From: an uncultured archaeon
GTDB taxonomy: Archaea; Asgardarchaeota; Thorarchaeia; Thorarchaeales; Thorarchaeaceae
Direction: 5' to 3'
Length of the DNA: 13,290 nt
Assembly: GCA_964354495.1 (NCBI GenBank)
Contig: CAYHAA010000032.1
Coordinates: 1-13,290 of the forward strand
Below, piece after piece: positions 8,536 to 13,290 of the stretch. Below the pieces are notes generated by a model, which was not told the origin of the DNA, did no database searches, and worked only from the letters and a program-made list of their open reading frames with translations. The first letter of the stretch is position 1. The number at the start of each line of letters is the position of its first letter. The position numbers and the translations under genes are program-made.

Positions 8536-9132
8536 CTAATCCTTTCCGTATAGAAGATGCATTGGCCACCTTCTCGTCGAGAGTCCGATACTGACTGGGT
8601 GGTTGTGTGTTGACAGTGACCCTGAACTCTTGTGAAAGTGGTAATGAGCAATACCTAGACTTGCGATGATATCAGGAAATGGTAGAGGAATAAGCCCCGT
8701 TATCCGCCATATTTCGAGATTGAAGAGGATGAGATAGGGAAGAATGATCTCGGCCAGAAGCAAGACCACGGTAGCCACGGATGCTAAGCGAATGTTCAAC
8801 TTCCCTCGGGAGTACATGAGTGTGTTGGCATAAAGCATCAATCCCACGACCACCCAACTCGATGACATCGTCAGATACAGCAGTGTGTCGCTTATGGCGT
8901 ATGAACCGAAGAGGGAATCATCCCACCATCGAAGCAGGTCCCAACATGGAACAAAATGTGCTCGAGCAACACTAATGAATCCCGGAAGGAAGCACAACAG
9001 TGCATAGGCCCACCATGAAGGAGCCGGCAAACCTACCGCTTCGGCCACAACTAGAGCAGGCATAACAATGGCTATAGGACTGAAGAACGTTATGACCAGT
9101 ACTGCAAGCGGAAACAGGTTTACCTTTGACAT
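8536..9132 (-). CDS. Hypothetical multi-pass membrane protein (198 aa)
   Basis: ATG with GAGGA SD; about five hydrophobic segments; no recognised family; core-like GC (32/60 in the line starting 8761). Confidence 0.65.
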   Translation of the reverse strand: MSKVNLFPLAVLVITFFSPIAIVMPALVVAEAVGLPAPSWWAYALLCFLPGFISVARAHFVPCWDLLRWWDDSLFGSYAISDTLLYLTMSSSWVVVGLMLYANTLMYSRGKLNIRLASVATVVLLLAEIILPYLILFNLEIWRITGLIPLPFPDIIASLGIAHYHFHKSSGSLSTHNHPVSIGLSTRRWPMHLLYGKD

Positions 9133-9253
9133 TCCTCACATAGCCTGCCCCAGGGCACGTAGTACATATTATCTTCTCTTTTTTCAAACTTCGCATTTCC
9201 GCAGAATGAGTCAAGTAACTGACTTCTCAAACTGCATCAAGCAACCAAAAACA

Positions 9254-9340
9254 GACAACAGAGGATGGAAGTACCACTACAAAACCCTTGGACAACTCTA
9301 GGTACTGTATGAACACACTTTCAGTCTGCACGCCTCGGAC
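9254..9340 (+). repeat. Direct repeat copy 1 (87 bp): 23S rRNA 3' terminus plus downstream flank (minus strand)
   Basis: GACAACAGAGGATGGAAGTAC-16 nt-GACAACTCTAGGTACTGTATGAACACACTTT-CAGTCTGCACGCCTCGGAC. The 31-nt core (9291-9321) is identical in all three copies, and 9291-9333 is identical to 13248-13290 (43 nt). Confidence 0.97.
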
Positions 9341-9424
9341 ATTAGTACAGGTGAGCTGAACACCTCGCCGGAGCTTGGTGCTTACACCCCCTGCCTATTT
9401 ACCTCGTCTTCTACGAGAGTCCTC
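9326..9424 (-). rRNA. rrl: Orphan 3'-terminal fragment of archaeal 23S rRNA (domain VI, H99-H101); not a complete gene
   Basis: Minus strand GAGGACTCTCGTAGAAGACGAGGTAAATAGGCAGGGGGTGTAAGCACC...GGTGTTCAGCTCACCTGTACTAATGTCCGAGG matches the archaeal 23S 3' end. Pairings are intact: H99 GGAC/GTCC, H100 CTCGT-AGAAG-ACGAG, H101 GCAGG/CCTGT and GCACC/GGTGT. The upstream GCATCTAAG landmark (H97 loop region) is absent. The mature 3' end position is approximate. Confidence 0.88.
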
Positions 9425-9704
9425 GTTCCTAGACTCGATGTTACTGTCACCAGCCCCGCACTTCATTCTCGATGGCAGTCACACAGAGCCCTCATTCGGA
9501 TGAAAACGCTCGGCAAGTGGATGTGGAGTTCTTGCTAGACTATTCGAGTATTGCCACTACAACCATCTGTGCAAGTGAAATAGTTACAAGTTTTGTCGCA
9601 GAATATATAAGAGAACATTGTTTGTAATAGAGTGGAATTAGACTGAAATTAGAAATCACCAGATTACATCTTCCTTTATTGGCCAGAAAAAAGAGAGGTT
9701 TTTT

Positions 9705-10181
9705 TTGAACTCACGAACAAAAGAGGTGCTGGATAGTGACTGGATTCCGTCTTCAACTATTGTTTCACTAGTAGTTGGTTCCACTGCCCTTTTCGGGCCC
9801 ATATTCTTCTTTGTTGGTGCAAATCCACATGTTGACCTTGTATTTGAGGTGTATTCTCTCTTCTGGCAGTTATCCTCTCAGGGAGGACCATTAGTATTCA
9901 TTGCAGGATTTTCCAGTACTTATTCATTCTTCATGCCACTGCGAATTTTATATGTTTGGCAACTTCACAGATGCTATGATAGTCGTACATCAAGGCGATT
10001 GACATTGGTTGTTGGATTGATTGCTGAACTCCAGACTCTAATCACTCTCTTTATGATGTCATACGACCCCCTCTCTCCATACCCTCAACTGACTGGTCCA
10101 GTTCCATTGTTGTATCTTATGGGAGTTTTGTTTCTTATTACAGTGCCACCACGAACGCAAGGAAAGGAGTGGAATGATTAG
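9705..10181 (+). CDS. Hypothetical multi-pass membrane protein, paralog of 12685-13248
   Basis: Shared pattern with 12685: YSLFWQL/ESLMWRL, QLHRCY/QFNRYN, VGLIAELQ/VAILSELQ, PVPLLYLMGVLFLITVP/PIPTVLIVSIILLIFVP, then W. TTG start is uncertain. Confidence 0.75.
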   Translation: MNSRTKEVLDSDWIPSSTIVSLVVGSTALFGPIFFFVGANPHVDLVFEVYSLFWQLSSQGGPLVFIAGFSSTYSFFMPLRILYVWQLHRCYDSRTSRRLTLVVGLIAELQTLITLFMMSYDPLSPYPQLTGPVPLLYLMGVLFLITVPPRTQGKEWND

Positions 10182-10232
10182 ATTCTACTAGAGAATCAAG
10201 GGATTTTTGTGGAAGCGCCTGATCCAACGAAG

Positions 10233-10796
10233 TCATGGTTTTCGTTTCATTCTTCTCCGATATAGGACAAGGCTTAGGTATAGAATCAAAAGCGGTATTC
10301 CGGCTATGAGCGAAAGAGGGAGAACAATCTTCAATAGAGCAATATCCGGTGAGATTGGATTGATAGTTGAACCTCCAATTCGAGTGATTGTTAGATTGAT
10401 GTTAATGATTGCGATGTAGCCCGTATTCGTAGCATTCACGGTATAATATGCACTAAATGGGATGAAGGTTGAATTTCGATGCCGAGTGTCACCGCGATGT
10501 AACATAGTCTTCGAGTTCGTATCAGAGCTAATCCTGATTCGCACTATAGCATCAACAATAGATGTATTGATTGGGTCTATATCAGACACAATAGAGTATA
10601 TCGAGTATGGCTGTAGTGTGATTCTTGTTATAAATGATTGATTAGCTGTAAGCTCAAGGTTAGTTCTTTGCAGAATGGGATTGTCCGTAGTTTGAGCTAC
10701 ACAGAATCCTGCCGGTAAGGTAATCAAAACTAAAGTAACAATGGCAATTTGCGTTCTTTTCGAACTCATCGAAAAGTTTCTGTTCCTGAAAGTCAT
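10233..10796 (-). CDS. Hypothetical type I membrane protein (signal/TM, beta-rich ectodomain, TM, basic tail)
   Basis: Hydrophobic N-terminus, sequons NQS/NTS/NST/NAT/NLT, C-terminal TM followed by YRRRMKRKP. Confidence 0.72.
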   Translation of the reverse strand: MTFRNRNFSMSSKRTQIAIVTLVLITLPAGFCVAQTTDNPILQRTNLELTANQSFITRITLQPYSIYSIVSDIDPINTSIVDAIVRIRISSDTNSKTMLHRGDTRHRNSTFIPFSAYYTVNATNTGYIAIININLTITRIGGSTINPISPDIALLKIVLPLSLIAGIPLLILYLSLVLYRRRMKRKP

Positions 10797-10823
10797 TTGC
10801 CTATCAATGTACTCCCTAAGGAG

Positions 10824-11324
10824 TTAATACCAGTACATCCACAACTCCGGCTCTCCTCCGAAGAACCATAAGTCTCTTTGCGCATCAAAGAAGCGGCTAC
10901 TGTCTGTGATTCTGATTTCAAGTGTGGTGGAGGATGCATCAGTAATGGTTACTTGAAAATCCTCGGAAGAGGGACCAATATCGTCTGCATAAGTGTAACT
11001 AGCAGATGAACCCCATCTGTACCATAGCCGCATCAGTTCTGGGTTCTGCGCATCTCCGCCATCGTAATCGATTCGTATCTTATAGACGTCCGCACTCTGA
11101 TCAATGCCATTTATTTGAAACCAAATGTCAAGTCCGTAGGACCACACGGGATTTCCTTCCAGAGCCTCATTATCATCTTCGTCCCAATATCCAATAGTAT
11201 TCTCATAATCATCATAATATTCTACTCCAACATCAGTCCACGCAGCAACAGGTTGAACCACGAATGCAACAATCAAGAGTGCAAAGAATGATGGAAACAG
11301 AAGTCTATCAATAATCTTCTTCAT
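10824..11324 (-). CDS. Secreted hypothetical protein ending FGGEPELWMYWY (166 aa), paralog of 12099-12587
   Basis: Strong SD AAGGAGG before ATG 11324; signal peptide ending VAA-W; about 80 identities in ~140 mature residues with 12099 (manual count). Confidence 0.88.
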   Translation of the reverse strand: MKKIIDRLLFPSFFALLIVAFVVQPVAAWTDVGVEYYDDYENTIGYWDEDDNEALEGNPVWSYGLDIWFQINGIDQSADVYKIRIDYDGGDAQNPELMRLWYRWGSSASYTYADDIGPSSEDFQVTITDASSTTLEIRITDSSRFFDAQRDLWFFGGEPELWMYWY

Positions 11325-11408
11325 AATTCTTCCTCCTTGCAAAGAAATGAACCGACGCCGCCCCTCTTCCCACATTTGACATTTGTTTTCAAGGCCCATT
11401 ATGATTTA

Positions 11409-11846
11409 ATGCATAAGAAGAATATGAGTGTTTTGGCACAGGAGATTTCGGATGCCTATTCTCTCTTTCGGCATAAGATTGCTGCATTGGATCTGGCTCA
11501 TTATATGGTGCAATCTGAGTGTTTGTGGGATGTAGACAAGATTGTGTCAGCGCCTAATCAAGCAGATGAACCCCTTCAGTCGATAATTGTAATGAAATCC
11601 TTTAAGGAAATAATGACAAATCCTGACACTATTTCATTAACGCCCAGAATTCGAGAACGACTGTTCGTATTGCTGCAGGAATCGAAAGGCAGGTTTGAAA
11701 GAGTTGAATGGATTGTGAATGCGATTTCAGGTGCGATTGCTTTTACATCTGATGAGCAAATACAGTCCGCAACATTATCAATACTCAATGTTGGTTATGG
11801 GACTGAGATTTCAAAGAGAATTCGAAGTGATTGTAATTTCTCTTAG
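11409..11846 (+). CDS. Hypothetical soluble, probably alpha-helical protein (~145 aa)
   Basis: Open 438 nt in an AT-rich region, divergent from 11324; amphipathic helical pattern; no family recognised; start could be 11409 or 11424. Confidence 0.5.
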   Translation: MHKKNMSVLAQEISDAYSLFRHKIAALDLAHYMVQSECLWDVDKIVSAPNQADEPLQSIIVMKSFKEIMTNPDTISLTPRIRERLFVLLQESKGRFERVEWIVNAISGAIAFTSDEQIQSATLSILNVGYGTEISKRIRSDCNFS

Positions 11847-11900
11847 AATCCAGATATTGCTGCTATACTCAATAGATTACAAAAGTGATAATGGAGAATA

Positions 11901-11986
11901 GACATCAGAGGATGGAAGCACATTACGAACTCCTGAGACAACTCTAGGTACTGTATGAACACACTTTTAGTCGTCATGCCTCGGAC
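11901..11986 (+). repeat. Direct repeat copy 2 (86 bp), most diverged
   Basis: GACATCAGAGGATGGAAGCAC-15 nt-31-nt core (11937-11967)-TAGTCGTCATGCCTCGGAC; homology stops at GGAC (H99 3' strand). Confidence 0.96.
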
Positions 11987-12098
11987 AGACTGAAGTAGTC
12001 ACGCGATGAGGGAGGATTGTTTAGAAAAACATATATGCAAAAGGAGTGTTATTAAAGCTGGATGTTCTCCTGTAATATCTAGGTGGTGAAGAAGAGGA

Positions 12099-12587
12099 GT
12101 GCGGAAACAAAGAGCGGCTATTTTATCCCTATTTTTGATTAGCATGATAATGATTTTAGGTCTGCCAGTTCTTGCGTGGAGTGATATTGGCGTTGAATAT
12201 TATGATGGTGTCAAAGAAATATACGGCGAATGGTCTGAAAACGATAATACAGCTCTTGAAGAATATGTCGGGCTATGGGCGTACTATTTAGACATTGAAT
12301 TCAATATTACTAATGTAGATCAGAATGCAGACGTCTACAAAATTCGAGTAGATTATGGCGGATCGGATGGCGATGAAGCTATTCAGCTCTGGTATAGATG
12401 GGGTTCGTCTGGTTCTTGGATATATTGTACTACGTTATCTTCTATACAGGATCTCTATTATACAATTACTGATGCATCGAGTACCCTATTACAGATCAAA
12501 ATCATGGATAATACTCGTATTTTTGATTTTAATCGAGACCAATGGGACTTCGGAGGAGAACCCGAGCTCTGGATGTATTGGTATTAA
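12099..12587 (+). CDS. Secreted hypothetical protein ending FGGEPELWMYWY (162 aa), paralog of 10824-11324
   Basis: GTG start after GAGGA; signal peptide ending VLA-W; conserved blocks GVEYYD, ADVYKIR, LWYRWGSS, TITDASST, FGGEPELWMYWY. Confidence 0.88.
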   Translation: MRKQRAAILSLFLISMIMILGLPVLAWSDIGVEYYDGVKEIYGEWSENDNTALEEYVGLWAYYLDIEFNITNVDQNADVYKIRVDYGGSDGDEAIQLWYRWGSSGSWIYCTTLSSIQDLYYTITDASSTLLQIKIMDNTRIFDFNRDQWDFGGEPELWMYWY

Positions 12588-12684
12588 GAATTTGCACAAG
12601 CAAGCCTATTGAATATGATTATTGTCAATTCCAATCATTTGTTATAGGTAGCATTATGATGCGGAAAACTACGGTGACTTAGAA

Positions 12685-13248
12685 TTGAGTGCCTCTAAAC
12701 GCGTTAATTGGAAATTTCAACTAAGTCCGACTGAGGTGATGCTGCTACTGCTGTTTGTGGTTCTCTTCCTTCCTACATTTATCACTCTTCGTAACATATC
12801 GAGTTCACTTGCCTATTCCATCGAGTCTTTGATGTGGCGACTGCTTTTCTACCGTGACGGTTCTGTGGATTTTAGAATTGTTCCCTATTTTTTTATGCTT
12901 CAGGACCATCTACTGAAGTATCTGCTAGTCATTCAATTCAACAGGTATAACCGGCATGCAACAACCAAGATACGAGTTCTATTAGTCGCGATACTCAGCG
13001 AACTCCAGATGTTTCTGCTGATTGATATGCCTCAGATTATTGAAGGGATTCAGGGATTACATGCTTGGACTGCTTTCGTTTGGTATATCCCTATTCCTAC
13101 TGTTCTGATTGTTTCTATCATCTTATTGATATTTGTACCACGTCCGGAGTCTGAACCAATGTGGATTGATAAAGAAGAACAAAAAGCATGGTGGAAAACA
13201 AAGCAGAAAACGACATCAGAGGATGGAAGTACTTCACAAAACCCCTAG
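12685..13248 (+). CDS. Hypothetical multi-pass membrane protein, paralog of 9705-10181; C-terminus overlaps repeat copy 3
   Basis: About four hydrophobic segments; tail W-IDKEEQKAWW; the last 12 codons (TSEDGSTSQNP-stop) lie in the repeat. Confidence 0.8.
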   Translation: MSASKRVNWKFQLSPTEVMLLLLFVVLFLPTFITLRNISSSLAYSIESLMWRLLFYRDGSVDFRIVPYFFMLQDHLLKYLLVIQFNRYNRHATTKIRVLLVAILSELQMFLLIDMPQIIEGIQGLHAWTAFVWYIPIPTVLIVSIILLIFVPRPESEPMWIDKEEQKAWWKTKQKTTSEDGSTSQNP

Positions 13249-13290
13249 ACAACTCTAGGTACTGTATGAACACACTTTCAGTCTGCACGC
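13212..13290 (+). repeat. Direct repeat copy 3, cut by the window edge; predicted flank of the intact 23S rRNA gene (minus strand)
   Basis: GACATCAGAGGATGGAAGTAC-15 nt-31-nt core (13248-13278)-CAGTCTGCACGC; identical to copy 1 over its last 43 nt. Confidence 0.95.

Larger units (their letters stand above)
9341..13211. mobile_element. Putative tandem genomic islet/cassette array bounded by 23S-3'-end direct repeats; no integrase in window
   Basis: Bounded and subdivided by three direct repeats; GC drop (spot counts 18-24/60 versus 27-33/60 on the left); hypothetical secreted and membrane genes only; paralogs shared between the two modules. Confidence 0.65.

Noticed and set aside
383-8651. Numerous short overlapping ORFs in the track (e.g. 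383-706, 4050-4346, 4678-5097, 5262-5612, 6773-7072, 7974-8357, 8292-8651)
   Set aside because: All lie on or against well-supported genes and show no family motifs; treated as shadow frames.
9068-9301. 77-aa plus-strand ORF running into repeat copy 1
   Set aside because: Overlaps the start of 8536-9132 in antisense, crosses a likely promoter region, and lacks protein-like features.
10179-10265. Possible amber read-through extending 9705-10181 by 27 codons with a KSWF similar to the paralog's KAWW
   Set aside because: KSWF is simply the antisense of the convergent gene's KP-stop, spacing differs from the paralog, and there is no evidence for pyrrolysine machinery here.
9254-13290. CRISPR array interpretation of the three repeats
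   Set aside because: Spacing is 1.2-2.6 kb with whole genes between copies, no cas genes are present, and the repeat is explained by the 23S 3' end.
9254-13290. Classical integron attC sites
   Set aside because: No RYYYAAC...GTTRRRY inverted R boxes or L boxes across the repeat; the core is not palindromic; cargo genes are in mixed orientation; no intI in the window.

Overview
Archaeal chromosomal window; gene style and protein families suggest an Asgard (Thorarchaeota-like) host, which is inference only. The left ~9.2 kb (spot GC 45-55%) is core-like metabolism: a truncated TIM-barrel epimerase-like gene divergent from a Gfo/Idh/MocA oxidoreductase, two membrane-anchored BPL-N/GATase-I-like paralogs flanking a tungsten aldehyde:ferredoxin oxidoreductase plus two ubiquitin-like (MoaD/ThiS-fold) genes, an ICMT-family methyltransferase, an Ig-like membrane protein, a UbiE/MenG methyltransferase and a membrane protein. 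The right ~4 kb (spot GC 30-40%) is divided by three copies of an ~87-bp direct repeat (9254-9340, 11901-11986, 13212->13290). Read on the minus strand, this repeat is the 3' terminus and downstream flank of an archaeal 23S rRNA gene. Copy 1 continues into an orphan ~100-nt 23S fragment with intact helices H99-H101. Between the repeats lie small integrase-free modules carrying paralogous secreted and membrane proteins. This looks like a tandem cassette/island array anchored at the 23S rRNA 3' end, with the intact 23S gene predicted just beyond the right edge.
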